DNA of 64,000 bases from Nitrospirota bacterium (GCA_963699545.1 CAVOUE010000005.1:448001-512000), one strand, 5' to 3'; positions 37,407-49,918 are shown, counted from the stretch's first letter. Program-made: numbers and translations. Notes: generated by a model not told the origin, from the letters alone.

Positions 37407-37997
37407 TTAGTCACTGTGATACTCAAAGGTCGTTGACAGGGCATTTTTATTGTGGTGATCGAATTTCATCTTGCCGTCATCGAACCAATCTTCCTCGGCA
37501 GTTGCTGCGATACCGTGAATATTCGGAATACGGCACAGCTTCGGGCCTTCATCCAGCTTCAGCATGCCGATCGCCAACCCCAATTTCCCAATAATAGACA
37601 TCCGATGCCGCCATCCCTCGCTCTTCATCTCAATTGTCGCGCGTTCTACACTTTGCACATCCCATAACGCGTGGAATATCTTTCCGAGATGTCCACCACT
37701 TGCTGCCGTAAAAATTTGTTTCAGTGCATCAAATTGTTCTCTCGTTGCACGATCGTCGATGTAAAATCGGCACTTCCATTGGTTCTCGCGCATATGACCG
37801 TCACAACGCACCGCCATAATTACGTTTAATCCTTCGATCGACATATCGCCGTATTGTCCCTGCGTGATGTGCCACGCGCAGTTACCTTCGCAGAAGCCAT
37901 ATGTCGGGGCATGCCCGGACCAGCATGGGCAAACCGACTCGCAGTTGCATGCTTCAAAGTAGTACCCTGAGACTTTCCATGGTACTGTCTCACTCAT
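37407..37997 (-). CDS. DUF1326 domain protein
   Basis: WKVSGYYFEACNCESVCPC...PTYGFC. Confidence 0.9.
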   Translation of the reverse strand: MSETVPWKVSGYYFEACNCESVCPCWSGHAPTYGFCEGNCAWHITQGQYGDMSIEGLNVIMAVRCDGHMRENQWKCRFYIDDRATREQFDALKQIFTAASGGHLGKIFHALWDVQSVERATIEMKSEGWRHRMSIIGKLGLAIGMLKLDEGPKLCRIPNIHGIAATAEEDWFDDGKMKFDHHNKNALSTTFEYHSD

Positions 37998-38109
37998 TAT
38001 TCACCTCCATTCACATTTCCAATAACATTTCTGAATGAACCGCTCTCAACTCTATTGCCTTTCAAGATGCTCATCATGCCTTTCTCGTACACCGCCCTAT
38101 GGAATCCCT

Positions 38110-39293
38110 TTATCCCCTTCCTTCGATGGGTTCGTAAGAACAGCCCATGAGTCCGCAATAGTGGCCGACATATTCCGTTGATCGGCCGGTAGAGCATCGG
38201 CTTTTCCTGGGCTTCGGCGAACTTCTCTTCTATGATATGGGCAGCACCATCCCGCTATCCTCGACATGGCAAAGATCGGAGTAAAGAGGTCGGCCGGTAT
38301 CCCCATGAGGTGATAAACCGGGGCGCTGTAGAAATCCACGTTGGGTTTGATGGTCGTCTTCCCCCTCTGCTCAAATTCCCTGACCGCTGCCTCCTCTATC
38401 TCCGCTGATAGCTGGTGCCACCTCGCCTGTCCGAACTTCTTTCCCAGACGGTATGACATCTCCTTCAGAAATTGTGCCCGGGGGTCGGTGGTCTTGTATA
38501 CGGCGTGCCCCATGCCCATTATCTTCTGTCCCTGGTCCAGCCGGCCTTTCACCCACCGTTCGATGTCCTGCTCCGATTCGAGTTCCAGGAGCATCTTCAT
38601 CACCTCGGCATTGGCACCGCCGTGGAGACTCCCGGAAAGAGCTCCCGCGCCTGCAGCAACACCTGCATACATATGCGCCTTTGTGGAAACAACCTCACGG
38701 CACGCAAAGGTGGAAGCATTGAAGGTGTGGTCGGCGTGAAGGATCAGGCAGATGTCCAGGTCGCGGGCCATGTCTTCATCCGGTCTCACACCGGTCAGCT
38801 GCCACAGGAAATTCGCGGCATGGGAAAGAGTATCATCAGGCGGGAGAGGCTCTCTGCCATTTCTTATCCTGTGCCACGCGGCGATAAGGACCGGAATCCT
38901 GGCGATAAGCCTGATCGCCTTCCTCACATTGGAATCCCTTGTCTCAACAGAAAGCTCAGGATCAGCCATTCCGAGGAGCGGTATGGACGCCTGGAGCACG
39001 TCCATGGGATGTGACTCTCCGGGCCACCGTTTCAGGCTATGAAAGACGAAATCCGGCACTTCTCTCGCCCCGGCAACTTGACTGCTGAAGGCCTCAAGCT
39101 CAGATGCGTTCGGCAACGAGCCGTTCAGAAGAAGGTAGGCAGTTTCCGGAAATGATGACTTCTCGGCCAGTTCCTCCACACGATATCCCCGGTAAATGAG
39201 GACACCCTTCTCCCCATCGATGAAGCTGATCTTTGTGTCTGCTACGGTCACGCCGCGCAGCCCGATATTCTTGACACGGATGGGCTCAACCAT
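38110..39293 (-). pseudogene. gltA: Citrate synthase with two 1-nt insertions near the 3' end; possibly assembly error
   Basis: LHADHTFNASTF, LHGGAN, MGMGHAVY, PNVDFY; correcting frames at ~38244 and ~38181 restores GWCAHIIEEKFAEAQEKPMLYRPSTEYVGHYCG... Confidence 0.88.
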
Positions 39294-39435
39294 AGTTTCA
39301 TGACCCCCGGTGCATCATCGGGAAGTATAGCAGAAACACAAAGACCGAGTCATCTGTTTTCCCGGTTTGTTGCCACCGGGCAAGAGATTCTGATAAACTC
39401 AATGACAGACACCCCTCAGCAAAGGAGTGACAACG

Positions 39436-40179
39436 ATGAAGAAGCTCCGGTGGCAGCTACTTTTAGGCAGCGCCCTTGTCGCGCTTTCCGCCCTTCTCTA
39501 TATCGCGGAGATCAATATCTTTCACTCTCCACGGGACACGTTCTTTTACCTCTTTCAGGATCTCGCCTTCGTCCCCATTCAGGTCCTTCTCGTAACCCTC
39601 ATCATCAACCGGCTGCTGAGTGTGAGGGAGAAACGGTCGCGGCTGGAAAAGCTGAATATGGTGATCGGCGCCTTTTTCAGTGAGGTCGGCACGCACCTCC
39701 TGACGTATCTTTCAGACTGTGATCCCCGCCTTGAAGAGATCAGGGGGAACCTCATGGTTACCAATAGCTGGTCGGATGAGGAGTTCACACGGGTGAGCCG
39801 GCGTCTCAGGAATTACCCCTACGGGATCGAGATGAAGAAAATAGATCTTCAGTACCTGCAGAGTTTTCTTGCTGAAAAGAGGGGCTTCCTTCTCCGTCTT
39901 CTCGAAAATCCAAACCTCCTTGAGCATGAGACTTTTACCGAACTCCTCCTTGCGGTCTTTCATCTGGTAGAGGAACTCACCTGCAGGGAAGATGTTCGCC
40001 ATCTCCCTCATACGGACATCAACCACATAGCAGGGGACACAAAACGGGCGTACGGCCTCCTGGTCAACGAATGGCTCGACTACATGAGACATCTGAAGGA
40101 CAGCTATCCTTATCTTTTTTCCCTGGCCATGAGACTGAATCCCTTTGACAAGGACGCATCACCGCTGGTAACTTCGTAG
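39436..40179 (+). CDS. Conserved hypothetical membrane protein
   Basis: Two N-terminal TMs, AAGGAG RBS, typical codon usage. Confidence 0.75.
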   Translation: MKKLRWQLLLGSALVALSALLYIAEINIFHSPRDTFFYLFQDLAFVPIQVLLVTLIINRLLSVREKRSRLEKLNMVIGAFFSEVGTHLLTYLSDCDPRLEEIRGNLMVTNSWSDEEFTRVSRRLRNYPYGIEMKKIDLQYLQSFLAEKRGFLLRLLENPNLLEHETFTELLLAVFHLVEELTCREDVRHLPHTDINHIAGDTKRAYGLLVNEWLDYMRHLKDSYPYLFSLAMRLNPFDKDASPLVTS

Positions 40180-40188
40180 AAGGTGGTC

Positions 40189-41097
40189 TCATGAGCGCTC
40201 CTTCTTCCCGAGCAGAAATCCTTTGACGAACAAATACGTCCTGGTTGGTGCCAGGAATACTGTCAGCGCCTTCAGGAACATTCCCATGTTAAGAATGCCT
40301 ATCCTATATTTCAGCAAATATCTCAGTGCCATCTTTCTGTCTCCCTGATAAACAAAATGGCAAAAAAGTCTCAGGTGGTATTGATTCACCGCTCGATTAT
40401 AAGAGGGCTCATTCTTATACCGAGAGAGCGTTCGTTGTACATTTTCAATGATGAGCTCCTTATTATTATGAAGATTAGAATGGTGAACTCTATAATACCC
40501 CAGCACATCATCGAGCAATACGATCTTGTACCCCTTGTGAGCGATCTTTAACCACATGTAAAAATCTTCCACTGCGAAATCCGGATCATACCAGCCGACA
40601 TCCGCCAATACGGCGCGTCTGATCATCGCCGTAAAAGCGGGCGGCTGCTCCCCGTGAACAAAGATTCTCTCGAAGGTGAGCACACCGGAAGCTCTAAACC
40701 AATCTACCTTTGTTATCTCACTCTTTTCATTCATAAGATTCGCATCGCCACCGCAGACAGCAACATCCGGGTTGTTTTCCATAAATGTCACCTCTATACC
40801 AATCTTCTCTTTCGTCCAGACATCGTCGGACGAAGTAAGGCAGATATATTCTCCTTTCGACAGTGATATCCCCAAGTTGAAGGTACGTGCAATACCGCTA
40901 TTGTCCTGACGTATCACCCTCAACCCATACCTGGCACTTAATTCAGATAAGATAGCTGGACTGTTGTCTGTCGAGCCATCATCGATAACGATGACTTCTA
41001 AGTGAGGATACGATTGGTTAACGATGGACAGGATGGAATCTGAAACATATTGAGCGTGATTATAGCTTGCCACAATCACGGATACTAACGGCATCAT
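40189..41097 (-). CDS. GT2 glycosyltransferase
   Basis: [23 protein letters not shown] motif. Confidence 0.92.
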   Translation of the reverse strand: MMPLVSVIVASYNHAQYVSDSILSIVNQSYPHLEVIVIDDGSTDNSPAILSELSARYGLRVIRQDNSGIARTFNLGISLSKGEYICLTSSDDVWTKEKIGIEVTFMENNPDVAVCGGDANLMNEKSEITKVDWFRASGVLTFERIFVHGEQPPAFTAMIRRAVLADVGWYDPDFAVEDFYMWLKIAHKGYKIVLLDDVLGYYRVHHSNLHNNKELIIENVQRTLSRYKNEPSYNRAVNQYHLRLFCHFVYQGDRKMALRYLLKYRIGILNMGMFLKALTVFLAPTRTYLFVKGFLLGKKERS

Positions 41098-42227
41098 ACC
41101 GCGCTCGCACCCCTGGTCGCTCCTCGAATCACAAATTCCTCTACGCTATCAGCAATCCGGTCAATTTCGGAAGACTTTATGTGCGGTCCTATCGGAATGC
41201 TCACTACTGATTCAGCAATAGATTCCGTAACCGGCAGGTCATACCGACCACTGCACATAGACCTATATGCATCCGATAAGTGAGGAGGAACCGGATAGTG
41301 TATCAATGTTTCAACGTCATTCTTGTCCATAGACTGCCGAAGCCCGTCGCGATCGCGCAGCCTGATCACAAAGAGGTGCCATACGGGGTTCACACCGTGC
41401 ATTACCTCGGGCAGGGTCATTCCTGCAGCGCCACGAAAGCGGTCTAAATAGCGGGAGGCAATTTCAGATCTCCGCTTGTTCCATTCGTCCAACTTATGAA
41501 GCTTCGCCCGCAGAAAAGCGGCCTGCAACTCGTCAAGCCGTGAATTGAAGCCCCGAACTTCATTGTAGTACTTGACTCTGGAGCCATAGTTGCGCAATAT
41601 CCGGACCTTATCAGCCAGCGTGTCGTCATTTGTGGTGACCGCACCACCGTCACCAAGAGCACCAAGGTTCTTTCCAGGGTAAAAACTGAACCCCGCAGCA
41701 TCGCCTAGGCTGCCGACCTTTCGCCCTTCGTATGTCGCGCCATGCGCCTGAGCCGCATCCTCAATGACCCTCAGACGATACGTATTCGCAATATCTGCAA
41801 GAGGGTCCATGTCAGCCGGTTGCCCATAGAGATGAACCGGGATTATCGCCTTCGTCTTGCTGGTTATCGATCTTTCAACTCGGTCGGGATCAATGTTATA
41901 CGTCTTTTCGTCCGGTTCTACGGGAATGGGAACAGCCCCCGCGCATGAAACCGCCAACCATGTCGCGATGTAGGTATTGGAAGGAACAAGGACCTCATCG
42001 CCCTCACCGATACCGTATCCTCTCAAAATCAAGTGCAGCGCATCGAGACAACTGCCGACTCCTATGCAGTGTCTCACTCCGCAATAGTCTGCAAATTCTT
42101 GCTCAAAAGCGGCTACCTCATGACCTAGGACATACGACCCCGATGCCACCACACGCCGATAGGCCGCGTCGAGCTCATCCTTTAACTCAACATATGGCGC
42201 CTTCAAATCAAGGAATGGTATCTTCAT
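41094..42227 (-). CDS. DegT/DnrJ aminotransferase (FdtB/QdtB-like)
   Basis: [40 protein letters not shown]. Confidence 0.93.
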   Translation of the reverse strand: MKIPFLDLKAPYVELKDELDAAYRRVVASGSYVLGHEVAAFEQEFADYCGVRHCIGVGSCLDALHLILRGYGIGEGDEVLVPSNTYIATWLAVSCAGAVPIPVEPDEKTYNIDPDRVERSITSKTKAIIPVHLYGQPADMDPLADIANTYRLRVIEDAAQAHGATYEGRKVGSLGDAAGFSFYPGKNLGALGDGGAVTTNDDTLADKVRILRNYGSRVKYYNEVRGFNSRLDELQAAFLRAKLHKLDEWNKRRSEIASRYLDRFRGAAGMTLPEVMHGVNPVWHLFVIRLRDRDGLRQSMDKNDVETLIHYPVPPHLSDAYRSMCSGRYDLPVTESIAESVVSIPIGPHIKSSEIDRIADSVEEFVIRGATRGASAV

Positions 42228-43168
42228 CGGTTTTGATTAGTGACCACCTCCAGAAAAGTGTCGTAGTCGCGAATATAGTCATCGGCATTGTACACATCCG
42301 AGGCGAGGCCCAATAACACCGCATCGGGAGAATATTTATATTGAATGCACCAGATCAACGGCGGGACATGAATCCCCCGTGTGGGACGATCAAGCAGTAT
42401 TTCTTCCCTATATCTCCCGTCGTCCACAACAACGGAACATGAGCCCTTCACGCACACAAGCAACTGATGTAATGTCCTGTGCGCATGCTCCCCCCGCACG
42501 TCCGTGCTGGGAACATCAAAAACTATGAAGTACCGCTTCGGGATAAAGGGGAGTATCCGACCGTATTCGGCAAAAGACAGACTGCCGCGCATGTCTTTAA
42601 TCAACGGCAAATCAATAATCGCAACTCCCGAGACGCGGGAGCCTGGATTCTGCCTTGTCTGATCCACAGAGCTTTCGGCATCGTTCACTTTGGCATGCTC
42701 AAGAGAATCAACATACCTTTTGATCAGAGCAGGGGTTCCCGCAACGACCGCATTCGGCGGGACATCTTTGGTTACTACAGCACCTGCTCCGACCATTGCT
42801 CCCTGTCCTATCGTTAATCCTGCTAATATCGTCGCATTTGCTCCTATGGATGCCCTCTTTCTCACTATAGTCTTCAGTACCCTATCACGGTATTCCTTGC
42901 TCCGGGGAAAGTTGTCATTCACAAAAGTGACATTAGGTCCAATAAACACATCGTCTTCTATCCTCATACCATCCCGAAGTTGCACGCCGCACTTGATGGT
43001 GACCCTGTCTCCGACAATTACGTCGTTCTCAATGAAAACGTGGTCGCAAATATTACAGTCGGCTCCAATCCTGGCGCCTGACAGGATGTGAGTACATGAC
43101 CAAATCCTGGTATCGTCACCTATCGTTTTCGATTCAACAAGCGCTTGTGGATGTTGAAAAAAACGCAT
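42224..43168 (-). CDS. WxcM-like bifunctional hexapeptide N-acetyltransferase / sugar 3,4-ketoisomerase
   Basis: Left-handed beta-helix repeats, then cupin RGSLS...RGEHAH. Confidence 0.9.
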   Translation of the reverse strand: MRFFQHPQALVESKTIGDDTRIWSCTHILSGARIGADCNICDHVFIENDVIVGDRVTIKCGVQLRDGMRIEDDVFIGPNVTFVNDNFPRSKEYRDRVLKTIVRKRASIGANATILAGLTIGQGAMVGAGAVVTKDVPPNAVVAGTPALIKRYVDSLEHAKVNDAESSVDQTRQNPGSRVSGVAIIDLPLIKDMRGSLSFAEYGRILPFIPKRYFIVFDVPSTDVRGEHAHRTLHQLLVCVKGSCSVVVDDGRYREEILLDRPTRGIHVPPLIWCIQYKYSPDAVLLGLASDVYNADDYIRDYDTFLEVVTNQNR

Positions 43169-43201
43169 CCGCTTTCCCTCGTCTTCCTAAAGCAGTATTT
43201 C

Positions 43202-44005
43202 CTATCTCTCCACCGAAAAGAATACAAGTCGATAGCGCGCCAGGGTCATAAAATCCCGCTTTTTCCCCAGCTCAAATTCCATTGTCAGCATTTCGTTGTA
43301 GTTTGAGTCCACAAATTCCCTCGATTTGAAGTCGGATATACATCGGATACCGTATTCCTCTACCGGAATAATGCCCCTTTCTGCAAATGTCCTACTCATC
43401 GAATCGGCAGCGAGCGCACGTGCTTTACCGAAATATACCATATCAAGGGCGCGGCTTTTTAGCTGCCTCAGGACCCCTTGTACTGAGTTCTTCAGCATAA
43501 GTTGGCGAAACGCCTCATGGGAATTATTGAGATACATTATCCCGAAGAAGGCTCCTTTTGGAAGGCACGAGGTGAGGGTCTTTAGCGTCGCCTTTTGATC
43601 ACGAACATATTCGATCGCGTGATTAAAGGAAACCAACAGAGTTTCATTGTGGCATTTCGAAGATGCATAAATACGTGGAAAATCCGAGTCCGTACCCTGA
43701 CAGACGCACACCCGCTTCCCCCTGAGAAAGGGCGCTAAATTATGCTTTGCCCGATCAATCATAGTGGCGTCGCAATCGACCAAAATCACTCTTAAAGCAC
43801 GAAATTCATCAAGCAGGCTCCTGAGCAGCAACCCCGATCCGCCGCCTACGTCGTACAGCAGCGTAATACCCCTCGTCTTAATAAACTCGGCGTAATACCT
43901 GAAAAGAAGATCATGACGGAGTCTTCCATGAGGTGAACGCGCGTGCTCCTCGTATTGATCGACCACCGCTGATCCCATCGGCCTTTTGAATATTGTGTCA
44001 TTCAT
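43202..44005 (-). CDS. Class I SAM-dependent methyltransferase
   Basis: YDVGGGSG motif I. Confidence 0.8.
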   Translation of the reverse strand: MNDTIFKRPMGSAVVDQYEEHARSPHGRLRHDLLFRYYAEFIKTRGITLLYDVGGGSGLLLRSLLDEFRALRVILVDCDATMIDRAKHNLAPFLRGKRVCVCQGTDSDFPRIYASSKCHNETLLVSFNHAIEYVRDQKATLKTLTSCLPKGAFFGIMYLNNSHEAFRQLMLKNSVQGVLRQLKSRALDMVYFGKARALAADSMSRTFAERGIIPVEEYGIRCISDFKSREFVDSNYNEMLTMEFELGKKRDFMTLARYRLVFFSVER

Positions 44006-44339
44006 GGCTGTTCTTTGCTTATCTCGTTGCTCGCTGTGCGCTAGCCGATGTCGCCGCGATGCTCAGGGGCCAACAGCTTAACCGTGGAACGACCGCGCCT
44101 TTTCCCGCAATGACTCCCCCAACTCCTAAAGTAGGCATCCCACTTCATAGATCGTCGGTTGTACTACACGTCATTATATCACGCTGAGGAACTGTTTAGG
44201 TCGGAACCCCCCTCGCAATGCAGCAAAAATCCAGCCTTGCATAGCCGGGTCTGGAATGGAGAGCATGTGCAGTCTCCACATCTCGCTTTTCTCGTTTGAA
44301 AGCTCTTCACTGCTTAAGGTATAGTAAAGAGTTGCCATC

Positions 44340-46896
44340 ATGCAGGACCGTATCATCATAAGGGGCGCACGGGAGCATAATCTCAAGAACATCGACGTGA
44401 CCATACCCAGGGAGAAGATCACCGTGATCACAGGACCCTCAGGCTCGGGAAAATCTTCACTTGCTATCGATACGGTCTACGCAGAAGGACAGCGGCGGTA
44501 CGTGGAAAGCCTATCAGCATATGCGCGACAGTTCCTCGATCAGCTTCAGAAGCCGGACGTTGATTTCATCGAGGGTCTCTCCCCCTCTATCGCCATCAAC
44601 CAGAAGACCGTTACGAGGAGTCCCCGCTCCACCCTCGGTACTATCACCGAGATCTACGATTACCTGCGCGTCCTTTACACGAGGATAGGGAAACCGTTCT
44701 GCTATAACTGCGGCGGGCCCATATCCACCCGGGACGTCAGAACCATCATCGAGTCGGTGATGGCCATGCCCCAGGGGACCAGATTACAGGTCCTTGCCCC
44801 GATCGTGCGGGACAGGAAGGGTGAATACAGAAAAGAACTGGCGGAGATGAGGAGTGAAGGCTTTGTAAGGGCCAGGATCGACGGCACGATGATTGACCTC
44901 ACCGAGGAGATAACCCTCAGGAAACAGAAACGGCACACCATTGAGATCGTGATCGACAGGCTTATCATAAAGCACGGCATCGAAAGCAAGATAAAAAACG
45001 CCATCGACGTGGCCCTCGGCTATTCGGACACGGTCATCATTAACCTCGTGGAGGAGAAGAAGGACATTCCCTTCAGCAAGGCCATGGCGTGTCTGAACTG
45101 CGGCACAAGCTTCCCCGAGATAAACCCAAGGCTCTTTTCCTTTAACAGCAGCTACGGCGCGTGTCCCGACTGTCACGGGCTTGGGGTCGGTGGAGTGGAG
45201 AAGGGCATCGACCCCTTCAGGACGGGATCTGACGGCGATGACCTCGACCTTTCGCCTGAAATGCTGAAGCCGTGTAAGTCCTGCGGCGGCATGAGATTGC
45301 GGAAGGCCGCTCTGAGCATACAGATACAGGGGATGAATATCGGGGAGTTTTCGAGGCTCACCGTTGAGGGGGCCTCCTCCTTCGTGAACGGACTTGTCCT
45401 GACAGAGAGGGAAAGGACCATCGCTTCCCGTGTCCTGAAGGAAGTGGCGGACAGACTCTCCTTCCTGATGAAAGTCGGCCTGGGGTATCTCACCATTGAC
45501 AGGATGTCCCTCACCCTTTCGGGGGGCGAGGCGCAGAGGATCCGTCTGGCGACCCAGATGGGTTCTTCCCTCACCGGAGTCCTCTATGTCCTTGATGAAC
45601 CGAGCATCGGCCTCCACCCCCGGGACTGCACGAAGCTCCTGGAAAGCCTTTCCTCCATCAGGGATGCAGGGAATACTATCCTCGTGGTGGAGCATGACGA
45701 GGAGAACGATACGGTGGGCGGACCATGTCATCGACATAGGTCCGGGAGCAGGAGCAAGGGGCGGCTGGATCGTTGCCGAGGGCACCCCGTCGGACATACA
45801 GGACAATGGGCGTTCGGTAACGGGGAAGTACCTGAAGGGAGAACTTGCCATTCCCCTGCCGCGTGCGAGGAGGAAACCGGCGGACTTTATCCATATCGCA
45901 GGCGCCCAGGAATTTAATCTCAGGAATATCGATGTCAATATCCCGCTCGGAACGTTCATGTGCGTGACCGGTGTCTCGGGCTCGGGAAAGAGTACGCTCA
46001 TCATCGAGATACTCTACAAGGCATTGATGAAAGCCATACATAAGAGTGTTCTGACGCCGGGGAAACACCGCGCTTTAACGGGAGCTGACAAGGTCGACAA
46101 CGTCATCTGCGTGGACCAGTCTCCCCTTGGAAGGACCCCGAGGTCCAACCCCGCTACCTACGCAGGTGTTTTCACCCTCGCAAGGGAGCTCTACGCCCAG
46201 GTCCAGGAATCGAGGATCAGGGGTTTTTCTTCGTCGCGGTTCAGCTTCAATGTCCCCGGCGGCAGATGTGAGAAATGCCATGGGGGAGGACTCCTGAAAG
46301 TCGCCATGCACTTCCTCCCCGATGCATACGTCCAGTGCGATACCTGCAAAGGCCGAAGATATAACAACGAGACCCTGAATATACAATTCAAGGGCAGGGA
46401 TATCTCTGAAGTCCTCAGCATGACCGTGTCAGAGGCCCTGGAATTCTTCGCTTCCATCCCTGCAATAAAGCAGAAGCTTGAGATACTGGAAGATGTGGGT
46501 CTCGGATATCTCCAGCTGGGTCAGCCTGCACCAACACTCTCCGGAGGTGAAGCCCAGAGGCTGCGCCTTTCCCGGGAACTTGCCAAAAGGGCAACAGGGA
46601 ACACCCTTTATATCCTGGACGAGCCTACCACAGGTCTTCATTTCGCAGACATCCAGAGACTCCTTGATGTCCTGAACAGCCTTGTGGACAGGGGGAACAC
46701 GGTCATTGTGATCGAACACAACCTGGACGTTATAAAATCCGCAGATTACCTCATCGACCTTGGCCCTGAGGGGGGCGAGAATGGCGGACGGTTGATCGCC
46801 ACCGGGACACCCGAGGATGTATCCCGCAATCCTCAGTCGCATACGGGCAAATTTCTGAGAGAGAAGCTTGCCCGGGACGTGGCGAGGGTGGCGTGA
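44340..46896 (+). pseudogene. uvrA: Excinuclease ABC subunit A, split by one extra A at ~45705; possibly assembly error
   Basis: [26 protein letters not shown] twice, GVSGSGKST; removing one base restores VEHDEETIRWAD. Confidence 0.92.
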
Positions 46897-47957
46897 GGAA
46901 GCAGTTCCACGTCCGAAATTCCATGTTTAAAATTCAAAAAATACTTTTGGTTCTTTTGCTTGCCACCTGCCACTTGTCACTTGTCACCTGTCTCTGTTCC
47001 TGCTCCCCGAAGAAGGAGAGCCTCTACAGGAAGACGATGATACTCATGGACACCCTTGTCACTATTCACGTGGTTGCCGATTCAGAGGAGACCGCTGACC
47101 GGGCAATGGCAAAGGCCTTTGAAGAGATCGGCAAGCTGGATACGCTGCTTAACTTCTTTTCGGACAAGAGCGAACTGGCATCGATCAACCGGAATGCCGG
47201 CATCTCAGGAGTAAGGGTCTCCCCGGAGACCCTTGAGGTGATCGAGAAGGCCGTGTACGCGTCAGAGAAGTCAGGCGGCGCTTTCGACGTCACCATCGGT
47301 CCTGAGATCTCCTTATGGGACTTCTTTGCGAAAAAGAAACCCGATGATACAGCGGTAAGAGAAAGGCTCGCCCTCGTGAATTATAGGCTCATAGTCCTTG
47401 ATCAGAAGAAATCCACTGTGGAACTTAAGAAGAAAGGAATGCTCATAGACCTCGGCGGTATCGCAAAGGGATATGCAGCTGATAAGGCGGTAGAGGTGCT
47501 GAAAGGGCAAGGGATAAGGTCAGGGCTTGTGGCAGCGGCGGGAGACATCAGGGCCTTTGGACTGAAACAGGACGGAAAACCATGGAGGGTCGGCATACGG
47601 AACCCGAGACAGAAAGGAAAGGACGACGAGATACTGGCTACCATAGAAATCCGTGACATGGCCATTTCGACAGCCGGTGATTACGAGAGGTTTTTCACCA
47701 TCGACGGGGAGAGGTATCACCACATCCTCGACCCCGCGACAGGGTTTCCCGCCCGTGGCTGCCAAAGTGTCAGTATAATGGCAAAGGACGGCGTATCCGC
47801 GGATTCTTTTTCCACGGCGGTCTTCGTGCTCGGCCCTCAAAAGGGGATGGAAGTGTTGCAGCGGCTGGGGTTTGAAGGCATGATCGTGGACGGGGAGGGG
47901 AAAATACATGTCACCGCCGGACTGAGAGAAAAGATTGAGCTTAAAAGAAACAATTAA
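46893..47957 (+). CDS. apbE: FAD:protein FMN transferase (ApbE) lipoprotein
   Basis: [34 protein letters not shown]. Confidence 0.95.
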   Translation: MRKQFHVRNSMFKIQKILLVLLLATCHLSLVTCLCSCSPKKESLYRKTMILMDTLVTIHVVADSEETADRAMAKAFEEIGKLDTLLNFFSDKSELASINRNAGISGVRVSPETLEVIEKAVYASEKSGGAFDVTIGPEISLWDFFAKKKPDDTAVRERLALVNYRLIVLDQKKSTVELKKKGMLIDLGGIAKGYAADKAVEVLKGQGIRSGLVAAAGDIRAFGLKQDGKPWRVGIRNPRQKGKDDEILATIEIRDMAISTAGDYERFFTIDGERYHHILDPATGFPARGCQSVSIMAKDGVSADSFSTAVFVLGPQKGMEVLQRLGFEGMIVDGEGKIHVTAGLREKIELKRNN

Positions 47958-48327
47958 CGGCACGACCCCCGGAGACAGAATACTCTTCGTGCTCCTGCTC
48001 ATGGTCTCCTTCGTCGGCATCCTCTTCATGAAAGATGTTCTCCCTCAGCAAAGGGATGTGACGATCGAGATAGAAGGGAAACTCACCCACCGGTATCCTC
48101 TGGATACCGACAGGAAAGTCCTTGTGGGAGGCCCCTATGGTCATCTCACGCTGGAGATAAAAGATAAAAAGGCACGCGTCACCGGGGCGTCCTGCCCCAA
48201 TAAGCTCTGCGAGCTCCAGGGCTGGATAAGCAGGGGAGTGATCATCTGCATGCCCGCCAGGATCACCATAACAGTGGGAGGTCCCGGAGGATCAGAGGAC
48301 AGAAAGATAGATGCAATTACAGGATAG
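47935..48327 (+). CDS. NusG domain II-containing membrane-anchored protein
   Basis: TM then ASCPNKLC...IICMPARI. Confidence 0.88.
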   Translation: MSLKETINGTTPGDRILFVLLLMVSFVGILFMKDVLPQQRDVTIEIEGKLTHRYPLDTDRKVLVGGPYGHLTLEIKDKKARVTGASCPNKLCELQGWISRGVIICMPARITITVGGPGGSEDRKIDAITG

Positions 48328-48838
48328 ATACCGGATCGCGATCCTTTCGGCGTATGCCCTTGCCCTTCATGGTCTAGAGAGTCTCATCCCGATGCCTATA
48401 CCCTGGATCAGGGTCGGCCTTGCAAACATCATAGCGGTCACCACCTTCATCCTCTTCGGGTTCAGGGCGGCAATGATGGTTACGCTGGTAAGGGTCTTTA
48501 TTGCCTCTCTCTTTACGGGTTCATTCCTCGGGCCGGGATTCATCCTGAGCCTGGGAGGAGGCGCAGCAGGAATGCTCGCCATGGGCATCGTCTTCTCTGT
48601 CGTCCCCGGACTCTTCGGACCTGTGGGGTTGAGCCTGACAGGCGCCCTCTTCCATAACCTTGCGCAGCTCTTCCTCGCATACGTCCTGTTCATCCAGAAG
48701 ATAGAGCCGGTACTCATCATAACACCGGCCCTCGTACTGATAGGGACGGTTACCGGCCTTGTGAACGGCCTGGTGGCAGACCTCCTGGTCAAAGGCTTGA
48801 AAAATGGTGAGGTCACCATACACAATACTCCACAATGA
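48311..48838 (+). CDS. Gx transporter / heptaprenyl diphosphate synthase component I family membrane protein
   Basis: LESLIP...[16 protein letters not shown]. Confidence 0.85.
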   Translation: MQLQDRYRIAILSAYALALHGLESLIPMPIPWIRVGLANIIAVTTFILFGFRAAMMVTLVRVFIASLFTGSFLGPGFILSLGGGAAGMLAMGIVFSVVPGLFGPVGLSLTGALFHNLAQLFLAYVLFIQKIEPVLIITPALVLIGTVTGLVNGLVADLLVKGLKNGEVTIHNTPQ

Positions 48839-49014
48839 AGATCACCTGTCCCCTGTGCAAGAACATTACAACGTGGGAGGAGAATCCCTGGAGACCTTTC
48901 TGTTCCGAACGGTGCAGGCTCATCGACCTGGGTAAATGGGCATCAGGGGAATACCGGATAGAAGGAAACGAGGATGACAAAGAAGAGGAAGAGAGCAAAA
49001 AAGTAGACGAATAA
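48835..49014 (+). CDS. yacG: DNA gyrase inhibitor YacG (not in ORF track)
   Basis: Manual translation MKITCPLCK...[26 protein letters not shown], 59 aa. Confidence 0.93.
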   Translation: MKITCPLCKNITTWEENPWRPFCSERCRLIDLGKWASGEYRIEGNEDDKEEEESKKVDE

Positions 49015-49150
49015 CTTCGTGGTACGTTACGAGTTACGGCTTGAGGTGTGTTTTGTCTGTCTAAGAACGGAATAAAGAGTGGCTTCCAATAATTTTGTCG
49101 TACCCCTCCGGACAGTTCCCATTGGCATGCATCTCCTCGGAAAATGACAG

Positions 49151-49178
49151 TTGACATAGTTATGATAGTTGCTATAAC
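49151..49178 (+). promoter_or_regulatory. Sigma-70-type promoter of the TA pair
   Basis: TTGACA-16 nt-TATAAC with extended TG, overlapped by inverted GTTAT...ATAAC (possible operator). Confidence 0.65.
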
Positions 49179-49205
49179 CTAGTATTAAGAATAAGGAGGT
49201 GCATT

Positions 49206-49478
49206 ATGGCAAAACAAATAGGCGCTCTCGATATAAGGAAAAGTCTTGGGTCGATCCTCGAAGAGGTCTACTACAAGGGGGAGGAGTTCGTTATTAAGCG
49301 GGGCCGTAAGCCTATGGCCGTGCTGATACCGGTCGCCGAGTTTGACAACTTCAAGAAACAAAAGCAACAGGATATGCAGGTCTTCAAGACTATCCGGGGA
49401 AGAGCTAAGGGCATTGAATCAAAAGAAGTTGAAAGGGATGTGGAAGAGGCAGTAAGAGCGGTCCGCAAACGTGCATAG
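49206..49478 (+). CDS. Phd/YefM family antitoxin
   Basis: IRKSLGSILEEV...FVIKRGRKPMAVLIP. Confidence 0.88.
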   Translation: MAKQIGALDIRKSLGSILEEVYYKGEEFVIKRGRKPMAVLIPVAEFDNFKKQKQQDMQVFKTIRGRAKGIESKEVERDVEEAVRAVRKRA

Positions 49479-49896
49479 GGTTGTGGTCGATACCAATGTT
49501 CTGGTGAGTGGTGCGATCCAGAAGAAGGGATTTCCTTATAAGGTTGTCAAGGCCTGGGAAGATGACGTCTTAGCTCTTGTAACTTCCGGGCCTTTAATTG
49601 ATGAGGTAAGCAAAGTTTTACACTATGATAAAATCCGGGTGCGATATTCTTTAAAGGAAGAAGAGATTAAGCAAATCCTTTTGAACCTTATGCGATATTC
49701 TCTCTTTATCAGTGACCCGCCAAAATTGAATGTTATAAAAGAAGACCCTTCTGATAATAGTATCCTGGCTGCTGCGATAGGGGGCAAGGCGGATTATATC
49801 ATCTCGGGGGATTCACATCTTCTGAATTTGGGAGTTTATAAAGGAATAAGCATTGTGACGCCAAAAGGGTTTTGTGAGATAACAGTGAAATTATGA
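49471..49896 (+). CDS. PIN-domain toxin (VapC-like)
   Basis: VVVDTNVLVS, DPSDN, IISGDSHLL. Confidence 0.92.
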   Translation: MHRVVVDTNVLVSGAIQKKGFPYKVVKAWEDDVLALVTSGPLIDEVSKVLHYDKIRVRYSLKEEEIKQILLNLMRYSLFISDPPKLNVIKEDPSDNSILAAAIGGKADYIISGDSHLLNLGVYKGISIVTPKGFCEITVKL

Positions 49897-49918
49897 AAAC
49901 GGGGAAGGAGATAAATCT

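Noticed and set aside
40189-44005. Sugar-modification cluster as a novel system
   Set aside because: Matches the known dTDP-3-acetamido-3,6-dideoxyhexose (Fdt/Qdt, WxcM) pathway plus a GT2; ordinary surface-glycan genes.
44784-46004. 406-aa antisense ORF
   Set aside because: Shadow of uvrA, lengthened by the frameshift.
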